From: Clostridium sp. CAG:628
Lineage (GTDB): Bacteria > Bacillota_I > Bacilli_A > RF39 > UBA660
Assembly: GCA_000438415.1 (NCBI GenBank)
Contig: FR902236.1
Coordinates: 4,378 to 32,000 of the forward strand
Reading direction: 5' to 3'
DNA: 27,623 bases
The position numbers were made by a program, and so were the translations under genes. How positions within the stretch are numbered: the stretch's first letter is position 1; every line of letters begins with the position of its first letter. The notes below the pieces were generated by a model that had not been told where the DNA came from, ran no database searches, and was given only the letters and a program-made list of their open reading frames with translations. Shown piece after piece: positions 16,901 through 25,662 of this stretch.

Positions 16901-17031
16901 ATATAATAAATAAGTACAAGAGTGTTATAAGTAGTGAATTACTTGCAACAATTGAAAAAAATAATGGAGAAGTAAGTGAGTACATTGATGAAGAAGGTAA
17001 CAAGTTTGAAGTTAAAATAGAGAAAAAATAA
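13948..17031 (+). CDS. ileS: Isoleucine--tRNA ligase (long, type-2-like form)
   Basis: The track ORF starts at GTG 13918, inside the T-box terminator. The real start is the ATG at 13948, with GGAGGG 5 nt upstream. The KMSKS motif is present (GKKMSKSTGN), as are the editing-domain WTTTPWT motif and Zn-binding CxxC pairs. The HIGH region reads PGLHHV (see findings). Confidence 0.93.
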   Translation: MYKEIKESTSALESKLVSKWKSENLLEKTIKNREGKEDFVFYDGPIYANAKPGLHHVFAKTIKDAFCKYQTMQGKRVLRKIGLDTHGLPIEVNVEKKLGFKTKADIEAFGIENFCKECNSETATNIDEVNKMTDMMGQLIDSDNPYITCTNEYIESEWWLIKNIFDKGLIYHGNKVLPYCYRCGTELSKNEVSLGYQEDTVNTVIVPFKLVNKDEYMLVWTTTPWTLIDNVAACVNPDLTYLKVESMGYKFILCESLANKVLGDEYTVLDKFKGSDMVGLKYEQLLPFAKVSGKSFVVLADDYVTDADGTGIVHIAPAYGEDDSRVCKKNGIAFVQSVGKDGTYTTGPWTGRIVTDPELEIEIIKYLKENDKLFKKIKMTHEYPHCWRCKSPLIYYSKPAWYIETTKYKDKILAANKSVNWYPEFVGEKRFNNWLENMIDWGISRNRYWGCPMPLWTCECGHIECIGSRSELQSKIVENTDVFKMELHRPYIDSLHIKCPECGKVMSRVTDVMDVWFDSGAMPYAQMHYPFENKELFESQFPADFIAEGVDQTRGWFNSLICISTLVSGVSSFKNVVVNDMMLDAKGKKMSKSTGNIINPEEIMKEYGADAVRFYMLYASPVWTPLKFDIEGVKEVNSKFFSTLKNTYNFFSMYANADKLETKDFINSTSYELIDKWMLSKLNRLVKEVTIAYNEYDLNRVVKPLVNFVSEDLSNWYIRRNRRRFWKGELDESKKSVYKVTYEVLVTLSQLLAPVSPFLAEEIYTNLTKEESVHLSDFPKCNEELIDLDVEKQMDLVRDVVSLGRNAREEANVKIRQPLSKVLLDKKNESVIGNLTDLIKEELNVKEVMYTNETSDYLTYTVKPNFKEVGKLFGKNIGEFSKFVSEFTSEDIKNIESKTVTYDGVTYNLNKSMLDIRVSAKEGYDVTSDGVNFVILDTTITPELKDEGILRDLIRQCQVLRKNIGLDISDRISIEFNTTEELTNNIINKYKSVISSELLATIEKNNGEVSEYIDEEGNKFEVKIEKK

Positions 17032-17045
17032 ATTCTCTATTTTTT
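17017..17045 (+). terminator. ileS intrinsic terminator
   Basis: atagagaa (17017-17024) pairs with ttctctat (17033-17040) around an 8-nt loop, followed by TTTTT. Confidence 0.6.
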
Positions 17046-17061
17046 AATACCAAACAAACTA

Positions 17062-17090
17062 TTAACGAACATATATACTTATGATAAAAT
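17062..17090 (+). promoter_or_regulatory. Candidate addBA promoter with an embedded CGAAC (LexA half-box-like) element
   Basis: TTAACG (17062-17067), 17 nt, TAAAAT (17085-17090) preceded by TGa. The spacer begins CGAACATATATACT (17066-17079). Confidence 0.4.
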
Positions 17091-17173
17091 CAAAATGTAC
17101 AAAGGAAAAGAAAGTAAGTGACTTTAAAGAATTTATATAATATAATTGAATTAGTGTAAAAGGAAGTGAAAGA

Positions 17174-19507
17174 ATGGATGCATTAAAAAATAATAGTATA
17201 CTTATAGTAGATGATGCGGTAAAAGAAAGTGTTATTAGTGAGTTTAGAAAAAATAGTAAGTTAGTAGATGTTAAATTTATAAGTTTTAGTGAATTTAAAA
17301 AGTTATATTATTTTGATTATGATAAAAAAACAATATTTTATTTAATTAAGAAATATCACTATAAGTATGAAGTGTGTCTAGTTTATTTAAAGAATTTATA
17401 TTATATAGAAGATAAAGAATATAAAAGTGAGAAATTAAAGTTTTTAAGAGATTTAAAAAGTGAGTTAGATGAGCATGATTTACTTATATATGACGAGTAC
17501 TTTAAAAGTAGTTTAAGTAAAAAAAATATTTATGTTTATAGTAAGAAAAAGATAAGTAAGTTTTATAAGAGTGTATTTGATAAGTTAGATGTAATATATT
17601 TAAATAATGAAATAGTTAATAAAAGAGTATTTAATATATATGAATGTAAGGATATGGAAAGTGAAGTAAACTTTGTATGTAATAAAATAGTTGATTTAAT
17701 TAAAAGTGGAACTGATATAAATAATATTAAACTATTAAATGTAAAAGAAGAATATATGTATTTAATTAGAAAACTGTTTGGTTTTTATAATATTCCATTA
17801 GAAAAAAAGAAGACAACTAGTCTTTATAGTACAAGAATTGGAAAATACTTTTTGAGTGCCTTAGATAGTAGTAAAGAAAGTATAGTAGAAAATTTAACTA
17901 ATGAGTTTAAAAATAACACTGAAGAAGTAAACTTGATTATCAATATAATTAATGATTATACTTGGGTAGAGGATTTAACAAGTGTTAAAGAAATGCTTAT
18001 ACATGACTTAAAAAATACTTATATAAAAGTAGAACAACTAAAAAACAAAGTAAGTTTTATTAACTTAGGAGAAGTAGTAAGTAGTAAAGACTATGTGTTT
18101 TTAATGAGTTTTAATGAAGGTGATATTCCAAAAACTTTTAAAGATGAAGAATATATAAGCGATAACATTAAGAGTGAAGTAAATATTGAGACTACTTTAG
18201 AAAAAAATATAAATAGTAAAAAAGAAGTATTAGACTTTTTAAATAGCATAGATAACTTAATTATATCTTATAAGTTAGAAGAAGGTAGTATTAGTTATAA
18301 TATCTCATCACTTAGTGAAGAAATGAATTATAATGTACTCAAATTTGAAGACGAGTATAATAATTCAAATATATATAATAAAATAAGATTAAGTAACTTA
18401 CTTGACTTATATTCAAAGTATGGAGTAGTTACTAAAGAGACAAGTAAACTACTAAGTAATTACCCAGATATTAATTATCTAAGTTATGATAACAAATTTA
18501 AAGGAATAGATAAAAGTAAACTAGATAAGAATATACTTTTATCTTATTCAACACTTGATAACTACTATAGATGTAGTTTCAGGTACTATATTGATAGTGT
18601 GTTAAAACTTGGTATATTTGAAGAAACATTTATGACATTTATTGGAAGTTTATATCACTACATACTTTCAATTATGGATAAGGAAAATTTTGATTTAGAT
18701 AAAGAATACGATAATTTTATAAAAGAAAGTAATAAAGTTTTTAGTAAAAAAGAAGAGTTCTTTTTAGAAAAATTGAAAAGTGAATTATCTTTCGTTATAA
18801 AAACAATAAAAGAACAATATAAGTACTCTAGTTTAGATAATAAACTTTATGAAGAAAAGATATATATTAATAAGCATGACAATAAAACTTTTATGGGAAT
18901 AGTTGATAAAATCATGTATAAAACTATAAATGATAAAACAGTAGTCTCTATAGTAGATTATAAAACTGGAAACCCAATGATAAGTTTAGATAATGTTACT
19001 TACGGAATAGGAATGCAACTACCCATATACTTATATCTTGTAAGTAAAAGTAACAAATTTAAGAATGTAATAATAGGTGGTTTCTACTTACAAAAGGTAC
19101 TTAATACAGTTGTAAATAAAGACAACTCTAGTAGTTATGAAACACTAAAGAAAAATAACTTGAAATTACAAGGATACTCAACAAGTAATGAAGAAGTACT
19201 TGATTTAGTTGATAAAAGTTATAATGACAGTTTAGTTATTAAAGGACTAAGAACTTCAAGTAAGGGTTTTTATAGTTATAGCAAAGTGATAAATGAAAGT
19301 GAGATTAACAAACTTGTTAGTGAAGTTGATGATAGAATAGAAGAAGCATTTAATGGTGTTAGTGAAGGAAAGTTTGACATTAATCCTAAGAGAATTGGTA
19401 AAATTAACAAGGGTTGTGAGTTCTGTAAATACTATGATATTTGTTATAGAAAAGAAAATGATATAGTTAATTTAAAAGAAGTTAAGTTTGGAGGTGAAGA
19501 AGAGTGA
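17174..19507 (+). CDS. addB: Helicase-exonuclease AddAB/RexAB, subunit B (compact RexB-type, no Walker A)
   Basis: The C-terminal RecB-family nuclease motif is present (GIVDKIMY...VSIVDYKTG). The four Fe-S cluster cysteines are also there (YYRCSFRYY ... GCEFCKYYDIC). The gene is directly upstream of addA and overlaps it. I saw no GxxxxGK(S/T) motif anywhere in the 777 aa. Confidence 0.82.
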   Translation: MDALKNNSILIVDDAVKESVISEFRKNSKLVDVKFISFSEFKKLYYFDYDKKTIFYLIKKYHYKYEVCLVYLKNLYYIEDKEYKSEKLKFLRDLKSELDEHDLLIYDEYFKSSLSKKNIYVYSKKKISKFYKSVFDKLDVIYLNNEIVNKRVFNIYECKDMESEVNFVCNKIVDLIKSGTDINNIKLLNVKEEYMYLIRKLFGFYNIPLEKKKTTSLYSTRIGKYFLSALDSSKESIVENLTNEFKNNTEEVNLIINIINDYTWVEDLTSVKEMLIHDLKNTYIKVEQLKNKVSFINLGEVVSSKDYVFLMSFNEGDIPKTFKDEEYISDNIKSEVNIETTLEKNINSKKEVLDFLNSIDNLIISYKLEEGSISYNISSLSEEMNYNVLKFEDEYNNSNIYNKIRLSNLLDLYSKYGVVTKETSKLLSNYPDINYLSYDNKFKGIDKSKLDKNILLSYSTLDNYYRCSFRYYIDSVLKLGIFEETFMTFIGSLYHYILSIMDKENFDLDKEYDNFIKESNKVFSKKEEFFLEKLKSELSFVIKTIKEQYKYSSLDNKLYEEKIYINKHDNKTFMGIVDKIMYKTINDKTVVSIVDYKTGNPMISLDNVTYGIGMQLPIYLYLVSKSNKFKNVIIGGFYLQKVLNTVVNKDNSSSYETLKKNNLKLQGYSTSNEEVLDLVDKSYNDSLVIKGLRTSSKGFYSYSKVINESEINKLVSEVDDRIEEAFNGVSEGKFDINPKRIGKINKGCEFCKYYDICYRKENDIVNLKEVKFGGEEE

Positions 19508-22500
19508 TACCTATTAAACCAAGTGATGCAATATGGACAGATGAACAATGGAATGCAATTTATGATAAAGGACACAATATAATAGTATCCGCGGGTGCTG
19601 GAAGTGGTAAAACTGCTGTTTTAAGTGAAAGAGTAATAGAAAACTTAAAAAGTGGAATGAGCATAAAAGAAGTATTGTTGCTTACATTTACTAAAGCAGC
19701 AAGTTTAGAAATGAAAACGAGAATTAGAAATAAAATTAAAAAGAACCCTAGTTTATCTAAGGAACTTTCCTTGATAGATGAAGCATATATAACAACATTT
19801 GATAGTTTTGCATTATCTATTGTAAAAAAATATCACTATATACTAAACATAAGTCCAAACGTAAGCATTATAGATGGGTCGTTAATAAGAATAAAAAAGA
19901 AAGAAATATTAACTAATATATTTGATAAATACTATGAAAATAGAAATGAGAAATTTTTAAAACTTATCAGCGACTTTTGTATAAAAGACGATAAAGAAAT
20001 ATTTGAGAGTATCCTGTCTATATATTCAAAAATAGATTTAAAATATAATAAGAATGAATACTTAGATAATTATATAAACGAATACTTTAACATTGATAGA
20101 ATTAATAATGATATAAAAGATTATGAAAAACTTTTAATGAGTAAATTTGAAGAGTTAGATTATCTAATTGAAGATATGTCATACTATACAGATAGTGACT
20201 ACATAACTAACTTAAGGCTAAGTGTTAGTAACTTAATGCATTCTAAAACATATGACGAAATAGTATCAAACTTAAGTGTTGAAATACCTAGACTACCTAA
20301 AGGAAGTACTGACGAAGTAAAAGAAAAGAAAGAACTTATTAATGATGTAATTAAAAATATAAAAAGTTTATGTACATATAAAAATAGAGAAGAAATAATG
20401 AGTACTATTTTGTCTACTAAAGATTATAAAGAAGTAATTATTGATATATTAAAAGATTTTGACAAATATGTAATGTCTTATAAATATGAAAATGATATTT
20501 ATGAGTTTACTGATATTGCTAATCTAGCAATAAAGTTAGTTAAAGAAAACGTAAGTGTTAAAGAAGAATTAAAAAATTCATTTAAAGAAATAATGATAGA
20601 TGAGTATCAAGACACTAATGACTTACAAGAAATACTAATTAATATGATAAGTAATAATAATGTTTATATGGTCGGAGATATAAAACAGTCTATTTATAGA
20701 TTTAGAAATGCAAACCCTGATATATTTAAAGAAAAATATAATAAGTATAGTAACCATATAGGTGGAGAGAAAATAGACTTAAATAAAAACTTCAGGTCAA
20801 GAGAAGAAGTACTTAATAATATTAATTTACTATTTAATAAAGTAATGGACGAAAGTATAGGTGGAGCTGATTATATAAAAAGTCACCAAATGATTTTTGG
20901 TAATAAAAGTTACATTAATAAAGGAAAAACTCTTCAAAACTATGACTTTGAATTATATAGTTATATGTATGATAAAAAGAGCGAATACTCTAAAGAAGAA
21001 ATTGAAGCTTTTATTATTGCAAAAGATATACTTAGTAAAGTAAAAGGTAACTATCAAATATTTGATAAAGATACAAGTGTACTTAGAAACGCAGAATATA
21101 GTGACTTTGTAATATTAATGGATAGAACTACTAACTTTGATTTATACAAAAAGATATTCTTGTATTTAGGTATACCACTAGAACTATATAAAGACGAAAC
21201 AATGAACGAAGACACTGATATAATTGTATTAAATAACTTAATAAAATTTACTATTAAACTTGATACAGGAGTATATGATAAAGAACTTGAGTACTTGTTT
21301 ACAAGTATTATGAGAAGTTTTTTGTGTGAAAGTAGTGATGAAGAAATATTTGATACAATTAAAAATAAGACAATACTAAGTAGTAACTTAGCAAATAAAG
21401 TAAGAAAGATTAAGCTAAATAATAAATCTAGTTATGAAATAATAAATGATTTAATTAATGAATTTGATTTTTATAATAAACTTATTACAATAGGTAATGA
21501 AAGTGCATCAAGTGTTAAACTAAGTAGTATTTTGTCTAATGCAAAAACTACTAGTAATATTGGTTATGATATAAATAGTTTTAGTGAGTACTTAGATAAT
21601 GTTATTAAAGAAAAAATAGACATCAAATACACAATTCATAGTGGAGTAAGTAATTCAGTTAAAATAATGACTATTCATAAATCAAAAGGACTAGAGTTTC
21701 CAATATGTTATTTTTCAGGACTTTATAAGCCATTTAATATAAGTGATATAAAAGAAAAGTTTACTTATAGTAATAAATACGGAATAATAACTCCATATTT
21801 TGATGAAGGTGTAGGAGAAACTATTTATAAACATTTATTAAAAAACGATTACTTAAAAGAAGAAATTAGTGAAAAAATAAGACTATTTTATGTAGCCCTT
21901 ACTAGAGCAAAAGAAAAAATGATATTAGTTATGCCTTATGAAGAAATAGTAAATGGTAAAGAAAGTGATTTAGTAAGTAGTGTAGTAAGAAGTAAATATA
22001 AAAGTCTTTTAGATATAGTGTCTAGTACTTTGGTTAGTTTAACTAAGTATGTTACAGTAATTGATTACAATAAATCTGGTATCACAAAAGACTATAGTTT
22101 ACTTATAAAAAAAGATTTTAAAAGTGGAATAGAAAAAAGTAGTGAAGTATTAAATGTAAAGGAAATTTTAGTTGAAAACGAAAGTGTTATAGATAAGCAT
22201 TACTCAAAAGAAAACAACAAATTAATTACTACTGATATAAAAAGGAATATTGAGTTTGGTAAGTATGTTCATGAAGTACTGGAGTATTTTGATTTAAAAA
22301 CAAAAAATTTCTCTTATATAAAAGACGAGTTTATAAAAAATAAAGTTATGTCTTTTGCTAACTTAAAGATATTTGATAATGTTAAAGATGCTAATATCTT
22401 TCATGAATATGAGTTTGTTTACACTTTAGATAATACCAAATATCACGGAGTAATAGATTTAATGTTAGAATACACTGACCACATAGATATAATCGACTAC

Positions 22501-22635
22501 AAATTAAGTGATATAACAGACGTTAATTATATCTCACAATTAAATGGTTACAAAGATTATATTAGTAGTATTACAAAAAAACCAGTTAATGTTTATTTAT
22601 ATTCAATAATTAATGAAAAAATGAGTAGTTTATAA
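19504..22635 (+). CDS. addA: Helicase-exonuclease AddAB/RexAB, subunit A (UvrD/Rep-type helicase plus nuclease)
   Basis: The GTG start overlaps the addB TGA. Superfamily-1 helicase motifs are present: AGAGSGKT, IDEYQDTN, VGDIKQSIYRFRNA, NFRSR, TIHKSKGLEFP, LFYVALTRAKEKM. The C-terminal nuclease motif is GVIDLMLEY...IDIIDYK. Confidence 0.9.
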   Translation: MIPIKPSDAIWTDEQWNAIYDKGHNIIVSAGAGSGKTAVLSERVIENLKSGMSIKEVLLLTFTKAASLEMKTRIRNKIKKNPSLSKELSLIDEAYITTFDSFALSIVKKYHYILNISPNVSIIDGSLIRIKKKEILTNIFDKYYENRNEKFLKLISDFCIKDDKEIFESILSIYSKIDLKYNKNEYLDNYINEYFNIDRINNDIKDYEKLLMSKFEELDYLIEDMSYYTDSDYITNLRLSVSNLMHSKTYDEIVSNLSVEIPRLPKGSTDEVKEKKELINDVIKNIKSLCTYKNREEIMSTILSTKDYKEVIIDILKDFDKYVMSYKYENDIYEFTDIANLAIKLVKENVSVKEELKNSFKEIMIDEYQDTNDLQEILINMISNNNVYMVGDIKQSIYRFRNANPDIFKEKYNKYSNHIGGEKIDLNKNFRSREEVLNNINLLFNKVMDESIGGADYIKSHQMIFGNKSYINKGKTLQNYDFELYSYMYDKKSEYSKEEIEAFIIAKDILSKVKGNYQIFDKDTSVLRNAEYSDFVILMDRTTNFDLYKKIFLYLGIPLELYKDETMNEDTDIIVLNNLIKFTIKLDTGVYDKELEYLFTSIMRSFLCESSDEEIFDTIKNKTILSSNLANKVRKIKLNNKSSYEIINDLINEFDFYNKLITIGNESASSVKLSSILSNAKTTSNIGYDINSFSEYLDNVIKEKIDIKYTIHSGVSNSVKIMTIHKSKGLEFPICYFSGLYKPFNISDIKEKFTYSNKYGIITPYFDEGVGETIYKHLLKNDYLKEEISEKIRLFYVALTRAKEKMILVMPYEEIVNGKESDLVSSVVRSKYKSLLDIVSSTLVSLTKYVTVIDYNKSGITKDYSLLIKKDFKSGIEKSSEVLNVKEILVENESVIDKHYSKENNKLITTDIKRNIEFGKYVHEVLEYFDLKTKNFSYIKDEFIKNKVMSFANLKIFDNVKDANIFHEYEFVYTLDNTKYHGVIDLMLEYTDHIDIIDYKLSDITDVNYISQLNGYKDYISSITKKPVNVYLYSIINEKMSSL

Positions 22636-22734
22636 TAGACACATAAGAAAAAAAGTAGTATACTAATAATGTAAGGAGTTGATAGTATGAAGTATGATTT
22701 ACTAAATATTGTTAATTCTTTTGTTTGTTTTTTT

Positions 22735-22759
22735 AAAGACGTTTTATGCGTCTTTTTTT
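22735..22759 (+). terminator. addBA intrinsic terminator
   Basis: aaagacg-ttttatg-cgtcttt hairpin followed by TTTT. It lies inside the 5' extension of track ORF 22687-23187, which argues for the later start of that gene. Confidence 0.6.
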
Positions 22760-22785
22760 CGTACTTGGAAGGGAAGTGTAATGGT

Positions 22786-23187
22786 ATGAAAGCAATAACA
22801 AGAGAAATGGTAAAAATGTATAAGATTAATAAGTTGGGCTTTGATTTTGCAGGATACACTTACAACAATAGTAGAGAACTTAGTTTTCATCATTTAGTAA
22901 TAGCAAATAGGGATGGAGGGTTAGTGACAATAGATAATGGTGCTATATTAAAACAGAAAACTAGTCATGATTACATACATGTAATTGAAATGTATGACCC
23001 AGAAATATTTTATCTAATAACAAGTGAAATGATAGATGAAAACATTAAAGGATATTTAGATATTAAAAATTTAAGAAAAATTAGAGAATTATTAGAATAT
23101 TTTGAAAGAGAGTATTGTAGTACTAGAACTAATAACGGAAAACTTTTAATAAAAAGGGAATATTTAACTGATAGAATAAAACTTTAA
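22786..23187 (+). CDS. Small HNH-nuclease-like protein (133 aa)
   Basis: I chose the ATG at 22786 because GGAAGGGAAG lies upstream and it is downstream of the addA terminator. The stretch LSFHHLVIANRDGGLVTIDNGAILKQKTSHDYIH fits the HH...N...H spacing of the HNH beta-beta-alpha-metal fold. The call rests on the motif only. Confidence 0.4.
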   Translation: MKAITREMVKMYKINKLGFDFAGYTYNNSRELSFHHLVIANRDGGLVTIDNGAILKQKTSHDYIHVIEMYDPEIFYLITSEMIDENIKGYLDIKNLRKIRELLEYFEREYCSTRTNNGKLLIKREYLTDRIKL

Positions 23188-23198
23188 ATTATTTTAAG

Positions 23199-23222
23199 AC
23201 ATTTATTTATAAATGTTTTTTT
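23199..23222 (+). terminator. Intrinsic terminator after the HNH-like gene
   Basis: acattta-ttta-taaatgt hairpin followed by a T-run of 7. Confidence 0.5.
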
Positions 23223-23236
23223 GTTTACACATAGAA

Positions 23237-23269
23237 TGTAAAATCTTGTGTAAAATTATATTGTAAATA
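23237..23269 (+). repeat. Three direct repeats, TGTAAAAT / TGTAAAAT / TGTAAATA, at 12-13-nt spacing upstream of the ABC exporter gene
   Basis: The copies are at 23237-23244, 23249-23256 and 23262-23269, 60-95 nt upstream of the ATG at 23331. No good -35 hexamer lies nearby. Confidence 0.35.
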
Positions 23270-23330
23270 AAAATAAAAAAAGTAATTTGTTTTTTTTTTA
23301 CGTATAAGTATGTAGGAGGGCAAAAAGAGT

Positions 23331-25358
23331 ATGACAAAAAAAGTAGTAGTTTTACAAGAAGACAAAAATGATTGTGCTGCAGCATGTGTATCATCATTAA
23401 TAAAATACTATAATGGTTCTTTAGATATGGAGACAATTAGAAACATTATTAATACTACTAAACATGGAACTAATGCTTATGATTTAATTAATGGGTGTAA
23501 AGAAATTGGCTTTGATGGTTTTGGAAAAAAATTATCATTTGAAGAATTGGTTTCGTATTATAAATTTCCTTTAATTGCGCATATTAAGAAGGATAATTAT
23601 TACCATTTTGTTGTTATTTATGATATTAATAAATCTAAAGAAAAAATAACTGTAATGGATCCATCTATAGGTTTAAGAAAAATATCATTTAAAGAATTTG
23701 TTATTAGTTATCAAGGTGTAATAATAAGTTTAGTAAAAGTAAAAGAATTACCAAAAGAATTAGAAACAAATCATTTATTCAATGTTATGATATCTAGCAT
23801 ATTTAAAAATAAAAAGATTTTAATAATTTTGATGATACTTAGTCTTATTTTATTTATATTAAGTTTAACTTCTTCTTTGTTTTATAAAATAATCTTAGAT
23901 GATATGTCTTCCGTAAATAAATACTATCTATCATTTGCAATAATATTACTTATTAAGTTAATATTTGATTACCTAAGAAGTTACTTTGTAATAAAACTAA
24001 ACAAAGAAATAGAGTTAAATATGAATAAAGAAATTACTAAAAGACTTTTGTGCCTTCCATATACATACTACAAGAATAAAACCACGGGAGAAATTACTTC
24101 TAGAATTAATGATTTAGATTTACTAAAAGATTTAATACTCGAAATTCTTTCAAACATTCTTGTGAATATTTTGTTATTATTAGGTAGTTATATTATTATA
24201 TTTTATCTTAATAAAACTCTTGCATTATTTATTTTAATACCACTACTAATATATTTTATAATAACTATATTAGTAAATAATCTATATACATCTAAAATAA
24301 GATACTTGCAAGAACTAAAAGGAATTTATAATAATAAACTTATTGAAACTATAAATGGAATAGAAACTATTAATAACTTAAACATAAAAGATAATCAAGT
24401 AAAAACACTCAACACTTATTTTGAAAAAACAATTAATAGTACAAATAAGTTTAATTTAATTAATACAACTTTAAATATAATTAGTGAATACTTGATAAAT
24501 ATTAGTAGTATATTCGTTCTTTTGTTAGGAATATCACTTGTCAAAAATAATTATATAACAATTGGAGAATTATTTCTAATATATATACTTTTTGGATATT
24601 TTATGAATATAGTTAAAACATTTTTAGAAAAAGTACCTAGTTTAAATTATGCTTACAAGAATATAAACAAAATTAATAGTATTTTAAAATATACAAATGA
24701 AAAAAAGAGTAATGAAAAAACTTCTGGTAAAATTATTTTAAAAGAAGTTCAATATAAAAGAGGTGAATATTTATTTAAAAATTTTAATTACTCAATTGAT
24801 GAAAAAGATAAAATATTATTAAAGGGAACAAGTGGAAGTGGAAAAAGTACATTGTTAAAAATGCTACTTAAGAATATTACAAATTATGAAGGAAATATTT
24901 ATATAGGAGAATCTAATCTTTTAAATATTGATAAATCTATAATAGATAATAGTTTTACTTATGTTGGACAAAATGAATTTATATTTAGTGGTACCATAAA
25001 AGATAATATTATTTTGTCAAGAAATATAACTGATGAAGCATATAATAGTATTTTAAATATTACTAGAGTTAATGAAATTATTAATAAGAAAGAGTTAAAT
25101 GATGCTTCATATATAGAAGAAAATGGTTTTAATTTAAGTGGTGGTGAAAAACAAAGAATAATTCTAGCAAGAGGTTTATTAAAAAATAGTAATTATATTT
25201 TAATAGATGAAGCACTTAGTGAAGTAGATTTAGTTTTAGAAAAAGATATAATTAAAGATATATTAAAATATTTTAAAGATAAAACTATAGTGTATGTTTC
25301 ACATAAAGAAGGATTAGATGAATTATTTAATAAAAAATTAATAATAGGAAAGGAGTAA
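23331..25358 (+). CDS. Peptidase C39 domain-containing bacteriocin ABC exporter (LagD/ComA/SunT type)
   Basis: The N-terminal C39 domain has the catalytic Cys context (QEDKNDCAAACVSSLIKYY) and His (HFVVIYDI). Six TM helices follow. The NBD has Walker A (GTSGSGKST), the signature (LSGGEKQR) and Walker B (ILIDEALS). Confidence 0.9.
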   Translation: MTKKVVVLQEDKNDCAAACVSSLIKYYNGSLDMETIRNIINTTKHGTNAYDLINGCKEIGFDGFGKKLSFEELVSYYKFPLIAHIKKDNYYHFVVIYDINKSKEKITVMDPSIGLRKISFKEFVISYQGVIISLVKVKELPKELETNHLFNVMISSIFKNKKILIILMILSLILFILSLTSSLFYKIILDDMSSVNKYYLSFAIILLIKLIFDYLRSYFVIKLNKEIELNMNKEITKRLLCLPYTYYKNKTTGEITSRINDLDLLKDLILEILSNILVNILLLLGSYIIIFYLNKTLALFILIPLLIYFIITILVNNLYTSKIRYLQELKGIYNNKLIETINGIETINNLNIKDNQVKTLNTYFEKTINSTNKFNLINTTLNIISEYLINISSIFVLLLGISLVKNNYITIGELFLIYILFGYFMNIVKTFLEKVPSLNYAYKNINKINSILKYTNEKKSNEKTSGKIILKEVQYKRGEYLFKNFNYSIDEKDKILLKGTSGSGKSTLLKMLLKNITNYEGNIYIGESNLLNIDKSIIDNSFTYVGQNEFIFSGTIKDNIILSRNITDEAYNSILNITRVNEIINKKELNDASYIEENGFNLSGGEKQRIILARGLLKNSNYILIDEALSEVDLVLEKDIIKDILKYFKDKTIVYVSHKEGLDELFNKKLIIGKE

Positions 25359-25362
25359 TTGT

Positions 25363-25488
25363 ATGACAAAAAATGAATTGTTAAAAATTGAAGGAGGAGT
25401 ATCTTGGGGATTATGGGGAATAGCTGGTACTATAATATCATTTATACTAGGTTTATATGATGGTGTAGTAAATTCAAGATGTAAATAA
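25363..25488 (+). CDS. Double-glycine-leader bacteriocin precursor A (41 aa; predicted mature 29 aa)
   Basis: Not in the ORF track. AGGAG lies 7 nt before the ATG, 4 nt after the exporter stop. The precursor is MTKNELLKIEGG|VSWGLWGIAGTIISFILGLYDGVVNSRCK. The leader has Glu -8, Leu -7, Ile -4 and GG at -2/-1. Confidence 0.75.
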   Translation: MTKNELLKIEGGVSWGLWGIAGTIISFILGLYDGVVNSRCK

Positions 25489-25500
25489 GGAGGTGTAATA

Positions 25501-25656
25501 ATGACTAAAGTAGAATTAATTAATGTGAGTGGTGGAGCTAGTTTAACTGGAGTTGTAGTTAATGCATTTGCAAAAATTATTACAATGTTTTATAACTTTG
25601 GTTATAAGTTTGGTGCAAACCTTTATAGAGGCTACACAAACCATTATTGTAAATAA
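25501..25656 (+). CDS. Double-glycine-leader bacteriocin precursor B (51 aa; predicted mature 39 aa)
   Basis: Not in the ORF track. AAGGAGG lies 7 nt before the ATG, 12 nt after peptide A. The precursor is MTKVELINVSGG|ASLTGVVVNAFAKIITMFYNFGYKFGANLYRGYTNHYCK. The leader has Glu -8, Leu -7, Val -4 and GG. Confidence 0.75.
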   Translation: MTKVELINVSGGASLTGVVVNAFAKIITMFYNFGYKFGANLYRGYTNHYCK

Positions 25657-25662
25657 AAAGTT

